DNA of 64,000 nt from Ignavibacteriota bacterium (GTDB lineage: Bacteria > Bacteroidota > Ignavibacteria > UBA10030), in assembly GCA_963701295.1 (NCBI GenBank), contig OY969585.1, positions 192,001 to 256,000 on the forward strand, written 5' to 3'. A model generated the notes under the pieces. The model was not told where the DNA came from. It worked only from the letters and a program-made list of their open reading frames with translations, and ran no database searches. The translations under genes and the position numbers were made by a program. This document shows, in pieces, positions 1-10,838 of this stretch; the stretch's first letter is position 1; each line of letters begins with the position of its first letter.

Positions 1-1
1 G

Positions 2-724
2 TCACTCAGAGGTCGCAGCACCATCGTCGGACTGTGATTCGCTTCCTTCGATGATGACAACATATTCTCCGCGCGGCGGCTTCTGTTCGAGCTGCGCAAG
101 AACGAATTTTACATTTCCGCGCACAATTTCTTCGAACTTCTTCGTCAGTTCGCGCGCAACGACAACTCGACGATTGCCGAAGAATGCAAGAACATCTGCC
201 AATGTCTTGAGAATGCGATGGGGAGATTCATAGAGAATAATTGTGCGGGATTCTAATTTCAGCGACTCGAATTTTGTCTTCCGGCCTTTTTTCAACGGAA
301 GAAATCCTTCGAACACGAATCGATCTGTCGGCAGGCCGCTCGCAATAAGCGCAGAAATAAACGCTGTTGGACCGGGGATGGGAATAATCGATATTCCATT
401 TTCTAAAGCCTGTTGAACAATATAAAATGCTGGATCAGAAATTCCCGGCGTTCCTGCATCGGAGACAAGCGCGATGGATTGTCCAGCAAGAAGTTTTTCG
501 ATTAATTGTGGCGCGCGCGCTTTCTCGTTGTAGCTATAATAACTCATCATTGGCCTGTTGATGTTATAATGATCAAGCAAAATTCTCGTCTTACGCGTAT
601 CTTCCGCGGCAATAAGATCGACAGAACTAAGGACCTTCACAGCGCGGTATGTGATATCTTCTAAATTGCCAATAGGAGTGGCAACAAGATAGAGAATACC
701 CGATGAAAGATATGAATTCTTCAT
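2..724 (-). CDS. rsmI: 16S rRNA (cytidine1402-2'-O)-methyltransferase
   Basis: LYLVATPIGNLEDIT, AAEDTR, SDAGTPGISDP, RELTKKFEE motifs. Confidence 0.95.
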   Translation of the reverse strand: MKNSYLSSGILYLVATPIGNLEDITYRAVKVLSSVDLIAAEDTRKTRILLDHYNINRPMMSYYSYNEKARAPQLIEKLLAGQSIALVSDAGTPGISDPAFYIVQQALENGISIIPIPGPTAFISALIASGLPTDRFVFEGFLPLKKGRKTKFESLKLESRTIILYESPHRILKTLADVLAFFGNRRVVVARELTKKFEEIVRGNVKFVLAQLEQKPPRGEYVVIIEGSESQSDDGAATSE

Positions 725-823
725 GTGCAGCTTCTTGAATTATTCCAACGAATGCTTAAATCCAGAATTACTCTCTATTCACATGTATGAATTCCAGCTC
801 AAGACCGGAATGACAGTTTGTTC

Positions 824-1669
824 CTATATTCCCCAGTCGCGAACGTAACGGAAATCGACATTCACAGTACGGTAAGAAACTTTTGCGATCACCGGCGGGC
901 GGCGCTTGAATTGGTTCTGCTGAATCATTCCACGCACTTTCTTGATGAGCGTTTCTTCGAATCCCAACGTCACTAATTCTTCGTCCGAATGCCGTTCATC
1001 GATCATCTCAAAGAGCAACGCATCAAGTTTTGCATAGGTTACACCCATTTCTGTCTCATCCGTCTGCCCTTCCCACAAATCCGCAGATGGTGCCTTCTCG
1101 ACGACCGACTTTGGAACTCCAAGTGTTTCTGCAAGCTGCCAGATCTGCGACTTATAGAGATCACCCACAGGATTGATTGCGCTCGCAAGATCGCCATGCT
1201 GAGTTCCATATCCAACAAGAATTTCCGTTTTATTACTTGTGCCGATCACGAGCGCCTTTTCACGTGCAGAGAGATCGTACAGCACTATCATCCGCATACG
1301 AGCCATCACATTGCCGCGGCGAAGTGAATCGGTAATCGCATGTTCTTCACAGTATCCATCCACCATTTTGCTGATATCCACAAGTTCCGAGCGAATGCCG
1401 GTCGCTTGAATGACGAGATTTGCATCTTCAACACTCTTAGGATTGCTCGTACGATAGGGGATCATCACACCAAGAACATTCTCTTTCCCAAGCGCTTCTG
1501 CCGCCAGCGTCGCCGATACTGCTGAATCAACACCACCGGAAATACCAACAACGGCTTTCGCAAATCCGGCATTCGTCGTCTGATCTTTGATAAACCTTAC
1601 AAGCACTTCCCGCACAATTTTGGTGTTGAGCTTAAGATCTGCCCGATTTGTTCGCTGCGATGTTTCCAT
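824..1669 (-). CDS. nadE: NH3-dependent NAD+ synthetase
   Basis: GISGGVDSA, GNVMARMRM, GTSNKTE, PSADLWEGQTDE. Confidence 0.95.
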   Translation of the reverse strand: METSQRTNRADLKLNTKIVREVLVRFIKDQTTNAGFAKAVVGISGGVDSAVSATLAAEALGKENVLGVMIPYRTSNPKSVEDANLVIQATGIRSELVDISKMVDGYCEEHAITDSLRRGNVMARMRMIVLYDLSAREKALVIGTSNKTEILVGYGTQHGDLASAINPVGDLYKSQIWQLAETLGVPKSVVEKAPSADLWEGQTDETEMGVTYAKLDALLFEMIDERHSDEELVTLGFEETLIKKVRGMIQQNQFKRRPPVIAKVSYRTVNVDFRYVRDWGI

Positions 1670-1681
1670 GTTATTTCTTTC

Positions 1682-3046
1682 TTACGCCGGCTTCATTTCT
1701 TTCAAACAGCGGCGAATAATGTCAATCCCTTCATCTACTTCTGCTTTCGACAAATTCAACGGTGGTCTAAAACGAATTGTCCTATCACTGCAGCCGATGA
1801 GCATGAGACCTTTTCCCAATGCCTTATTTTTAATCAGTTCACGGTTTTGGTGCGCATCCAGGTCCATTGCGCAGAAGAGACCAAGTCCGCGAACATTATT
1901 GATAAGATCCGGATATTCTTTCTCCAGTGCAAGAAGGTTCTTGTGCAAATATTCTCCTACGACACGGGCGTTTTCCACAAGATGTTCTTCATCGATAATT
2001 TCTAGAATCCTGGCAGCACGTACCATATCGATCAGATTGCCGCCAAACGTAGAGTTCAGGCGACTTGGTACATGAAAGACATTATCAGGTGTTTCATCGA
2101 TGCGTGTGCTTGAGATAAATCCACAGACATGCAACTTCTTACCAAATGACATCATGTCTGGTTTTACAAAATATTCATGCGCCCACATCTTACCTGTGAT
2201 GCCGACACCAACCTGCACTTCATCAAAAATAAGCATGATATCGCTTTCATCGCAGATAGTGCGCAATTCGGTAAAGAATTCTTTCCGAAAATAATTATCT
2301 CCGCCCTCTGCTTGAATCGGTTCGATAATGAGTGCCGCGATATCATCCGGATTTTGGTTGATAGCGTTTTTAATCTGATCAATTGCCACCATCTCTTCTT
2401 TTTTCACTTGTTCCAATATTGTATCTGTGATCGGAAAGGAAAGAATCGGATTGTGAATGCGAGGCCATTGAAATTTCGGGAAGTACTTGACCTTAAGAGG
2501 ATCAGTATTGGTCAATGACATGGTATAGCCGGTGCGCCCATGAAACGCATTCTTGAAGTGAATAACCTGCATGCCGACTTCGCGTGTATAATCTTTTGCA
2601 AGGTTCTTGCGCACTTTCCAATCGAATGCGGCTTTTAGTGCATTCTCATTCCCTAATGCACCTCCCTCTATAAAGAAGGCATACGGCAGATATGACGGCT
2701 GAGCAATGCGTGCAAATGTCTCAACAAACTCCGCCATCTCTACTGTATAGGCATCGGAGTTGGACGGCTTGTTGACTGCTGCACGCCCAAGCTTTTCAAG
2801 AAAGTCCGGAGTCGTCAACTTGGGATGATTCATACCCAATGCACCGGAAGCAAAGAATGTAAAGAAATCGAGCAGGGTTCGATTCGTCCGCGAATCGTAA
2901 ATATATGACCCATGACTTTTTTGAAGATCTACAACGAGATTAAAACCATCTGCCAGCATATGCCGGTTCAGCACTGTATGCACTTCAGACGGAAGGACTT
3001 TTATGGGGTTTGTTGTCGTCGGTTTTTCATTTTTCTTTTCGGACAT
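1682..3046 (-). CDS. lat: L-lysine 6-transaminase (class III PLP aminotransferase)
   Basis: NKPSNSD, AFHGRTGYTMSLTNT, EPIQAEGGD, FDEVQ, FGKK. Confidence 0.9.
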   Translation of the reverse strand: MSEKKNEKPTTTNPIKVLPSEVHTVLNRHMLADGFNLVVDLQKSHGSYIYDSRTNRTLLDFFTFFASGALGMNHPKLTTPDFLEKLGRAAVNKPSNSDAYTVEMAEFVETFARIAQPSYLPYAFFIEGGALGNENALKAAFDWKVRKNLAKDYTREVGMQVIHFKNAFHGRTGYTMSLTNTDPLKVKYFPKFQWPRIHNPILSFPITDTILEQVKKEEMVAIDQIKNAINQNPDDIAALIIEPIQAEGGDNYFRKEFFTELRTICDESDIMLIFDEVQVGVGITGKMWAHEYFVKPDMMSFGKKLHVCGFISSTRIDETPDNVFHVPSRLNSTFGGNLIDMVRAARILEIIDEEHLVENARVVGEYLHKNLLALEKEYPDLINNVRGLGLFCAMDLDAHQNRELIKNKALGKGLMLIGCSDRTIRFRPPLNLSKAEVDEGIDIIRRCLKEMKPA

Positions 3047-3321
3047 GATGCACCTCGAAATTCACACTGTGAACGGATTCTGTGATTCTTGCACGTGCGA
3101 TACATTTACCGCACATACACCGATCCATCAGAAGAATTCCTGATGCTCATAGAACGAAATGATATATGGACGACCCATCATACTATAAATTACAAATATC
3201 CAGACACAAAAGCCAAATCCCGTTGTACTGGATCCCATAAGGCGGGACAAGTTTCAATTCTTATAATCTCATGAAGACGGAATTTCTTCATTTTACTTTT
3301 TGGAATTTGAGATATCCATCT

Positions 3322-4809
3322 TCAATAATTATCAATTTGCGCACGCTGAAGCCTGCCGCTGTAATCGATATACACGGATTTCCACTCGGTAAAAAAATCG
3401 TACACCGCCCAGCCGCCTTCGCGGTGACCATTTCCGGTCTGCTTCACCCCGCCAAATGGTAAATGCGCTTCTGCACCAATTGTCGGTACATTGATGTACG
3501 TGATGCCCGCCTGAATGTCACGGATTGCAGCAAATGCTTTATTCACATCCCGAGTGTACACAGAGGAAGATAAACCGTAGATTGTTCCATTTAAAATTCC
3601 AACAGCTTCTTCAAGTGATGTTGTTCGAATAACAGAAAGCACCGGACCGAAGATTTCTTCCTGAGCAATACGCATAGTTGGCTTCACATTGTCAAAGATC
3701 GTCGGCTCATAAAACCAACCCTTTGCCAAATCACCTTGATGTGCAACAGTACCGCCGCACACAAGTTGAGCACCTTCATTCTTTCCGATTTCTACATACG
3801 ACTGCACAATTTTTCGCTGAGCTTCATTGATACAAGGACCGACATCGATCGTCGGAAGAAGTCCGTTGCCCAGTTTAAGTCTCTTCGTCCGTTCCACCAA
3901 CATCTCCATAAACTTCTCATAGACATTTTCATGAAGAATCAATCGGCTTGTTGCTGTACAGCGCTGACCTGTAGTACCGAACGCACCCCATAACACACCA
4001 TCGAGAGCAAGAACGAGATCGGCATCATCCATCACAATTTGTGCGTTCTTGCCGCCAAGTTCCAATGAGACATGTTTGAGGGTCGCACTTGCATCCCGCG
4101 AAATTTGCCTGCCAATTTCGGATGAACCAGTAAATAAAATCATATCAACATCAGGATGTGTAACGATGGCATTGCCCACTTCGCCGCCAGCGCCATGGAC
4201 GAGATTCACAACGCCTTCTGGAACTCCCGCTTCCATCATTATTTGAATAAGTGTTGTCGCTGTCTTTGGTGTATCGCTTGCGGGTTTAAAGACAACCGTA
4301 TTGCCAGAAAGGATAGCTGGAAAAATTCCCCAAGTGGGAATTGCCATCGGAAAATTCCATGGAGTGATAATACCTGCAACACCAATCGGAACACGGATTG
4401 CCATGGCAAACTTGTTGGGAAGTTCAGACGGTACGGTGTGCCCAAACAACCGACGTCCTTCTGTCGCTGCATAGTACGCGGTATCGATCCCCTCTTGAAC
4501 ATCACCCCGAGTTTCATCGAGCACTTTTCCCATTTCACGTGTCATCTCACGAGCAATCTCTTCTTTATTCTTCACAAGAAGGTCGCCTATTTTTCTTAAG
4601 ATGTCGCCGCGTGCCGGCGCCGGCATTAATCGCCACTTCTCATATGTCGCACGAGCAGCTTTCACTGCTTCGTCAACATCTTCCTTTCCTGATTTTGGAA
4701 ACAATCCGACGATATCATCCCAATGAGCCGGATTACGGTTAGCAGACGTCTTTCCCGATTTCGCGTCAACCCACTTTCCGTTAATGAAGTTTTGAAATTT
4801 TTGGGGCAT
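3322..4809 (-). CDS. Aldehyde dehydrogenase (possibly aminoadipate-semialdehyde DH, next to lat)
   Basis: ITPWNFP, LELGGKN, GQRCT, EEIFGP; ATG at 4809 with GGAGG RBS chosen as start. Confidence 0.9.
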   Translation of the reverse strand: MPQKFQNFINGKWVDAKSGKTSANRNPAHWDDIVGLFPKSGKEDVDEAVKAARATYEKWRLMPAPARGDILRKIGDLLVKNKEEIAREMTREMGKVLDETRGDVQEGIDTAYYAATEGRRLFGHTVPSELPNKFAMAIRVPIGVAGIITPWNFPMAIPTWGIFPAILSGNTVVFKPASDTPKTATTLIQIMMEAGVPEGVVNLVHGAGGEVGNAIVTHPDVDMILFTGSSEIGRQISRDASATLKHVSLELGGKNAQIVMDDADLVLALDGVLWGAFGTTGQRCTATSRLILHENVYEKFMEMLVERTKRLKLGNGLLPTIDVGPCINEAQRKIVQSYVEIGKNEGAQLVCGGTVAHQGDLAKGWFYEPTIFDNVKPTMRIAQEEIFGPVLSVIRTTSLEEAVGILNGTIYGLSSSVYTRDVNKAFAAIRDIQAGITYINVPTIGAEAHLPFGGVKQTGNGHREGGWAVYDFFTEWKSVYIDYSGRLQRAQIDNY

Positions 4810-4823
4810 AGTGGCCTCCAAGC

Positions 4824-6119
4824 TTAATGAATTCCAACATGTTCAAAGATATAGTCAATGTGCTTCAGGCTTCGTTTCGGATCAAACAATGCATCAATCT
4901 CTTTGACGGAAAGAATCTTCATTACATCTACACTTTCGAGAAGCAGCGTCTTAAATTCCTTTTCTTCCTTCCATACTTTCATTGCTTGTTCCTGCACCAT
5001 TTTATATGCATCCTCGCGCTTCAAGCCTTTCTTCGTCAACGCCAGCAATACTTCTTGCGAGAAAATGAGTCCACGCGTAGTATTAAGGTTACGCGTCATA
5101 TGATCGGGATAGACAAGCAGATTATCGATGATCTTCGTCATATCTGCAAGAATGAAATCGAGAAGAATACAACTATCCGGTATAATCACGCGCTCAACCG
5201 ACGAATGCGAAATGTCGCGTTCGTGCCATAATGCAACATTCTCCATCGCCGCAAGAGCATTCGAACGTAACACCCGCGCTAATCCTGCTATACGTTCGCA
5301 GACAATGGGATTTCGTTTATGCGGCATTGCCGAAGAGCCTTTTTGGCCTTTCGAGAAATATTCTTCCGCTTCCAATACTTCGGTTTTTTGGAGATGCCGA
5401 ATTTCCGTTGCAAATTTTTCTAATGAACATCCGCAGATTGCGAGTGTATTCATAAATTCTGCGTGGCGGTCACGCTGAAGTACTTGAGTTGAAATTTGCG
5501 CCGGCTGCAGGCTAAGTTTCTTACAAACATAGCGTTCAACAGCGGGATCAAGATGCTGATATGTGCCTACTGCACCGGAAATTTTTCCAACAGAAATCGT
5601 TTCCAACGCCGTCTTGAGCCGCTCGATATCACGCATAATTTCTGCGTACCATACGGCAAGTTTCAGTCCAAACGTCACCGGTTCGGCATGAATGCCATGG
5701 GTTCTGCCAATCATGATTGTGTGTTTAAATTCCTTCGCCCGTCGTGCAAGAACGTCTCTTAATCCTTCCATCCCTTTCAGCAGCAACTCTGCGGACTGTT
5801 TCATTTGAACAGCCAATGCAGTGTCGAGAACATCTGAAGATGTCATTCCAAGGTGAATGAAACGCGACTCGGGTCCGACATATTCACCAACATTCGTCAG
5901 AAACGCGATAACATCATGCTTCACTTCCTGTTCAATTTCGAGAATGCGTGCAACTTTGAAATTTCCTTTTTCTCGAATGAGTTTCACGGCTTTTTTCGGA
6001 ACAACACCAAGTTTCGCCTGCGCTTCGCATGCCAGCGTTTCAATTTCTAACCACACACGAAATTTATTTTCGTCTTCCCAAATTTTCCCCATTGCGGGGC
6101 GTGTATATCGTTCTATCAT
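4824..6119 (-). CDS. purB: Adenylosuccinate lyase
   Basis: MIERY start, GRTHG, GSSAMPHKRNP signature. Confidence 0.96.
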   Translation of the reverse strand: MIERYTRPAMGKIWEDENKFRVWLEIETLACEAQAKLGVVPKKAVKLIREKGNFKVARILEIEQEVKHDVIAFLTNVGEYVGPESRFIHLGMTSSDVLDTALAVQMKQSAELLLKGMEGLRDVLARRAKEFKHTIMIGRTHGIHAEPVTFGLKLAVWYAEIMRDIERLKTALETISVGKISGAVGTYQHLDPAVERYVCKKLSLQPAQISTQVLQRDRHAEFMNTLAICGCSLEKFATEIRHLQKTEVLEAEEYFSKGQKGSSAMPHKRNPIVCERIAGLARVLRSNALAAMENVALWHERDISHSSVERVIIPDSCILLDFILADMTKIIDNLLVYPDHMTRNLNTTRGLIFSQEVLLALTKKGLKREDAYKMVQEQAMKVWKEEKEFKTLLLESVDVMKILSVKEIDALFDPKRSLKHIDYIFEHVGIH

Positions 6120-7336
6120 TATTTTCCCTTCGGTGTTGCTGCAAGTGTCAGATTTATATCTATGGTCTTGTGTTCGCGGTAAATTTTGAATTTCAAAATA
6201 TCGCCCGGACTCAATTCGATCATCACAGCAAGAATGTCACTATCCGAATTCACTTTCTCGCCATTCACTTCAAGAACGATGTCGCCAACTTTCAGGCCTG
6301 CTGTTTCTGCGGGTCCGCCGGAATGAATATCGCTGACGATAACACCTTGCGGCTGTTTCATCCCGAAATATCGAGCGATGCGGGTATCCACCGGCTGCAC
6401 ATCGAAACCTGCAGTAATATCGTGCGCAACCTTTCCCTTTTTCTTTAAATCGGTGACGACTTTTTTAATTTTATTGACAGGAATTGCAAACCCGTACCCG
6501 ATATACGTACTGCTTTGTCCGCCGGTAAAGATCAATGTGTTCATCCCGATCACTTCTCCACTGCTGTTGACAAGCGGTCCGCCGCTGTTGCCTCCGTTGA
6601 TTGCTGCATCTGTTTCAATCATATCGCGATAATAACGGTTTTGCAATTGTCCCAACTTCATCCCTGTAGAACTAATGACACCGACCGTCACAGTCGGTTT
6701 GTCGTTAATCTCGAATAAACCGAACGGATTTCCCAGAGCAATAGCCCATTCACCAATAACTACATCATCAGAATTGCCTAACGTAACATACGGAAGATCT
6801 TTTCCGTCGACCTTTAGCAGACAAATATCCGTTGCCGGATCGGTACCGATGAGTTTTGCTTTCATCTGTTTTCCGCCCGTGATGGTAATTGTGATATCCG
6901 TTCCATTTCCTGCAACGTGATCGTTCGTAACGATATATCCATCCGGCGAGATGATAAAACCGGAACCAAGCTCTTTCACTTCTTGATTGTAGACACGGTC
7001 TCCAAAAAAAGGCTTGAAGAATGGATCATCAAAAAATTGCGAGAACGGATCGCGATACCGAATCTGCTGCACCGCAATAACATTGATACCGACAACTGCA
7101 GGACTTAATTTTGCTACTGCGCGTGTGATGGCGTTCTGCCGGGATAAGATAAGCTGGTCAACCTCTTGTGCATTTTTTTCCTGTGCTTGTCCAGTTGATG
7201 AAAATGTTTGATCAAAAGCTGTAGTGGCAGCTTGTGCTGATTGCACTCCTGCTGGTTTTACAACATATCCGATACCGAAACCAATAAGCAACGGCACAGT
7301 TAATATTATAAAGAAACGTACATAAGGATTATTCAT
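6119..7336 (-). CDS. HtrA/DegP-family serine protease with one PDZ domain
   Basis: GSGFII, TNDHV, TDAAINGGNSGGPL, C-terminal PDZ. Confidence 0.92.
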   Translation of the reverse strand: MNNPYVRFFIILTVPLLIGFGIGYVVKPAGVQSAQAATTAFDQTFSSTGQAQEKNAQEVDQLILSRQNAITRAVAKLSPAVVGINVIAVQQIRYRDPFSQFFDDPFFKPFFGDRVYNQEVKELGSGFIISPDGYIVTNDHVAGNGTDITITITGGKQMKAKLIGTDPATDICLLKVDGKDLPYVTLGNSDDVVIGEWAIALGNPFGLFEINDKPTVTVGVISSTGMKLGQLQNRYYRDMIETDAAINGGNSGGPLVNSSGEVIGMNTLIFTGGQSSTYIGYGFAIPVNKIKKVVTDLKKKGKVAHDITAGFDVQPVDTRIARYFGMKQPQGVIVSDIHSGGPAETAGLKVGDIVLEVNGEKVNSDSDILAVMIELSPGDILKFKIYREHKTIDINLTLAATPKGK

Positions 7337-7370
7337 AGCACAACCTCTTCTTAAAAATAAAATTTAGATA

Positions 7371-7982
7371 TTAATGCTCAATTTTTAAAAGAATCTTCAC
7401 GGTATCCCAATGACTCATGAGAAGAATCCCACTTAAGATAAACGAAAACAATCGATAATCAGTTGCAGATACTTTACGTATCATAAATATATCAATCCAT
7501 GTTGAAGGAAGCACAAGTAGAATAACGGGCGTAAGAAAGATAGCAACAAGATTCGCGTTCAAAACGTCTTTGATAATCTTGATTGAACTAAACCACATCA
7601 GGCACCAAACAATAGTGTAGCTGACCCCAATGGTGAACATACCGCCAGCCGCAGTTGATAATCCTCTTCCACCATGAAATCGCAGCCATACCGGATAATT
7701 ATGTCCAATGATTGCTCCAGTCAATGCCAATGATTGAATCCAGAAAGATCCCCCAAGCAGTTGTTCGGCTGCCAATGCAACAGCCAATCCTTTTACTCCA
7801 TCTAATATACCAACCACAATCCCCGTTTTTTTTGATTGTGTCACACTGTATGCATTGAGAGCGCCAACATTTCTGCTGCCTTGCGTGCGCACATCCAGTC
7901 CTGCCCTCAGACGAACAACGATATATGCCGTGGGAATAGAGCCGACAAGATACACAGCAAGAATACCTATAATGACGATCAA
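7371..7982 (-). CDS. plsY: Glycerol-3-phosphate acyltransferase PlsY paralog
   Basis: [32 protein letters not shown]. Confidence 0.8.
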   Translation of the reverse strand: MIVIIGILAVYLVGSIPTAYIVVRLRAGLDVRTQGSRNVGALNAYSVTQSKKTGIVVGILDGVKGLAVALAAEQLLGGSFWIQSLALTGAIIGHNYPVWLRFHGGRGLSTAAGGMFTIGVSYTIVWCLMWFSSIKIIKDVLNANLVAIFLTPVILLVLPSTWIDIFMIRKVSATDYRLFSFILSGILLMSHWDTVKILLKIEH

Positions 7983-8185
7983 TCCATTACACCTGTATTA
8001 TTGTGGCTATTGAATACATCTCTATGAGAAAATTACGGAAAAGTGAAGGGGAAAGCAACTGGAGCAAAGAAGCGATGAGCCTGTAAGTAGATGAGAAATT
8101 TCCACTATAGTCAGATATGACTATGAGATAGAGTCAATAAGAATTATAGCGGCTCGAAGACCTGTATTCTTATCAGGTCGATGAC

Positions 8186-9190
8186 TCAATGCGCTCCCTC
8201 ACCGCGTGTATCGCGGCCCATCAAATCAAGCGTGGCTTGACGGGGATTCTTATCTTCAAAGAGAACGCGGTACACTTCTTCAGCCATCGGCATCTCGATA
8301 TGATGCTTCTGAGCAAGCTGGTGGACAGACTTCGCTGTCGGCACACCTTCGGCGACCATAACCATTCCACCCAATACATCCGCGACACTACATCCTTTGC
8401 CGACTTCTTCACCGACATAACGATTACGACTGTGCCGGCTCATGCAAGTAACAATCAAATCGCCCATTCCAGAGAGGCCAGCAAATGTAATCGGCTGTGC
8501 ACCCATTTTTGCACCGAGACGCGTAATCTCATAGATACCACGCGTCATAATTGCTGCCTTCGTATTATCGCCAAAACCTGCGCCGTCGCTCAATCCTGCT
8601 GCTATAGCAATAACGTTTTTAATTGCACCACCAAGCTCGACACCGCGGATATCTTCATTCACATATACTCGGAAGTAGTTGGTCATAAAGGCTTCCTGCA
8701 CCATCTTCGCTGTTTTCATCTTAAAAGATGCAGACACAATCATCGTCGGGATTTTCAAACTCACCTCTTCCGCATGGCTTGGACCGGATAGGATCGCGAG
8801 GTTTTCTTTGCGTTCATGCATTAAGACATCCAGCAACACCTCCGACATGGTCATGAGCGAACCATTTTCAATTCCCTTAGCAACATTGCATATAATAGTG
8901 TGTTCCAGATCAAGATGAGCGATGCGTTGGAGAACAGAGCGGAGGAATTGAGACGGTACTGCCGCCACAATCATATCGCGTTCTTGACATGACGTTTCGA
9001 TGTCTGTCGTAATTTCGATTTCAGGCGGCAGAGATATACCGGGAAGGAATTCCACGTTCTCGTGTTTCTCACGCAGATACTCTGCTTGCGTGTCATCAAA
9101 GGTCCATAAATTGACTTTATGATGATTGTCATGCAGAACGAGAGCAAGTGTCGTTCCCCAGCTACCGGCACCAAGAACGGTAATCTTCAT
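8186..9190 (-). CDS. gpsA: NAD(P)H-dependent glycerol-3-phosphate dehydrogenase
   Basis: GAGSWGT, SGPSHAEEV, KNVIAIAAG, GDLIVTC.S..SRN. Confidence 0.95.
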   Translation of the reverse strand: MKITVLGAGSWGTTLALVLHDNHHKVNLWTFDDTQAEYLREKHENVEFLPGISLPPEIEITTDIETSCQERDMIVAAVPSQFLRSVLQRIAHLDLEHTIICNVAKGIENGSLMTMSEVLLDVLMHERKENLAILSGPSHAEEVSLKIPTMIVSASFKMKTAKMVQEAFMTNYFRVYVNEDIRGVELGGAIKNVIAIAAGLSDGAGFGDNTKAAIMTRGIYEITRLGAKMGAQPITFAGLSGMGDLIVTCMSRHSRNRYVGEEVGKGCSVADVLGGMVMVAEGVPTAKSVHQLAQKHHIEMPMAEEVYRVLFEDKNPRQATLDLMGRDTRGEGAH

Positions 9191-9246
9191 AATATTAATG
9201 GCACGTCAGGTTAAGATTCTTTGCCAGCTTGAGAATCGAGTGTTGT

Positions 9247-9930
9247 TTAGGATTCAACTGACTCGGTTTTGCTTCTGAAGCTCGTGATTTTCCGTTCAGT
9301 TCCTTCTACCAATCGCTTAATATTAGCGCGATGAGAATAAATCAGAAAAAGCGCAATTCCCGTACTGAAAAACACGAGTGTCTTGTAACTGTGAATTTCA
9401 TCTGAGAGGATATTATATCGAATGATCAGCGACAACGGAAATGCTGCTGCTGCCATAATAGAACCTAATGATACATAGCGAAATGCAAAGAGAAAGATAA
9501 AAAATACAACCATGGAAACTGCAAATTCTGTCGGCGCAATACCGATCAACATTCCCGCTCCTGTTGCAATGCCTTTTCCACCCTTGAATCCCGCAAATAC
9601 CGTTAATACATGGCCAATAATAGCCGCGCCCCCACAAATCATTTGAATAATTGTAAAATCGTCAAACGGAGTATGATTATAGAAAGGTAATGTCGGATCC
9701 CAAAACAATCGCGCTACCACGGTCGTCGCCAGAACGCCCTTTAATACATCCATCACAATAACAAAAATACCTGACTTCCAGCCGAGAACACGGAAAACAT
9801 TGGTGCCGCCTGCATTGCCGCTTCCTTTGCTGCGAATATCAAATCCATGCCTCCACTTAGAAAGCATAACGCTCGTTGGAATCGATCCTACGACATAACT
9901 CAAGAGTATCACAATCACCATATTCATCAT
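9247..9930 (-). CDS. plsY: Glycerol-3-phosphate acyltransferase PlsY
   Basis: GSGNAGGTN, DVLKG, FKGGKGIAT, HRANIKRL. Confidence 0.93.
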   Translation of the reverse strand: MMNMVIVILLSYVVGSIPTSVMLSKWRHGFDIRSKGSGNAGGTNVFRVLGWKSGIFVIVMDVLKGVLATTVVARLFWDPTLPFYNHTPFDDFTIIQMICGGAAIIGHVLTVFAGFKGGKGIATGAGMLIGIAPTEFAVSMVVFFIFLFAFRYVSLGSIMAAAAFPLSLIIRYNILSDEIHSYKTLVFFSTGIALFLIYSHRANIKRLVEGTERKITSFRSKTESVES

Positions 9931-10000
9931 ACAGACTTATCCTTTGTTTCTAAAATAACACAATCTATATAAGATATTCATTTCGGCATCAAGAAGCAAC

Positions 10001-10720
10001 CTACATCAACCCTTTTACATGCCACCGATCCAATATCAACGCACCCAACTCCAAATCCTCAGGTGTTGTAATTTTGATATTATCGTAATTTCCTTCCACA
10101 ATACGCACTTTGACGCCAAGCCGTTCGACCAATGCAGCTTCATCCGTTGAATAGAATTTGTCTTCTCGCGCTTTTTTGAACGCCTTCACTAATAATTTTG
10201 CGCGAAATGCTTGAGGCGTCTGTACTAACCAGAGCGCTGTGCGATCAAGAGTCTGATCGAAAAAACCTCCGCCTGTCGAACGCCGAATCGTATCTTTCGG
10301 TTGAACGGCAAGCACCGCTGCATCATATTCTTTGCAAACTTTCAGGAGATGTGCAATGCGCTTTGTCTCAATGAACGGCCGAACACCATCATGCACAAGC
10401 ACGATATCGGAATCTTTTAATGTCAGACGATTGAGGACATTGTTCACAGAATCCTGCCGCTTCTTGCCGCCCATTATCATCTTGCTAACTTTATGCAGTC
10501 TGTATCGTGCAACAACGGCTTCCATATCAGATATCGCCGATTCCGGAATAGCCATCGCCACTTCATCTATTTCCGAACAATGTTCAAATTGCTGGAGTGT
10601 ATGAACAATGATCGGCTTCCCCTTGAGAGGCAGGAACTGCTTTTTGATCTCTCCGCCAATGCGTGTGCCAGAACCAGCCGCAGGAATAATTGCAAACACT
10701 TTGGGCCTTGATCTTGACAT
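10001..10720 (-). CDS. ispD: 2-C-methyl-D-erythritol 4-phosphate cytidylyltransferase
   Basis: PAAGSGTR, RQDSV, VHDGVRP, QTPQAF, NIKITTPEDL. Confidence 0.95.
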   Translation of the reverse strand: MSRSRPKVFAIIPAAGSGTRIGGEIKKQFLPLKGKPIIVHTLQQFEHCSEIDEVAMAIPESAISDMEAVVARYRLHKVSKMIMGGKKRQDSVNNVLNRLTLKDSDIVLVHDGVRPFIETKRIAHLLKVCKEYDAAVLAVQPKDTIRRSTGGGFFDQTLDRTALWLVQTPQAFRAKLLVKAFKKAREDKFYSTDEAALVERLGVKVRIVEGNYDNIKITTPEDLELGALILDRWHVKGLM

Positions 10721-10838
10721 TTATCCGATATTCCTTTTATGCAAAAAGTGCACACCAAAAAAAATAATGAGAGGGAAATCCGCTTTCGATTATTTTATCG
10801 AATCGAATGCGTTACTCCCTCCAAAACGATCGATCAAC

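Noticed and set aside
1682-4809. lat plus aldehyde dehydrogenase as a secondary-metabolite (beta-lactam) cluster
   Set aside because: No NRPS or other biosynthetic genes nearby; ordinary lysine catabolism is the simpler reading.
7371-9930. Two plsY paralogs around gpsA
   Set aside because: Common lipid-synthesis arrangement; not novel.
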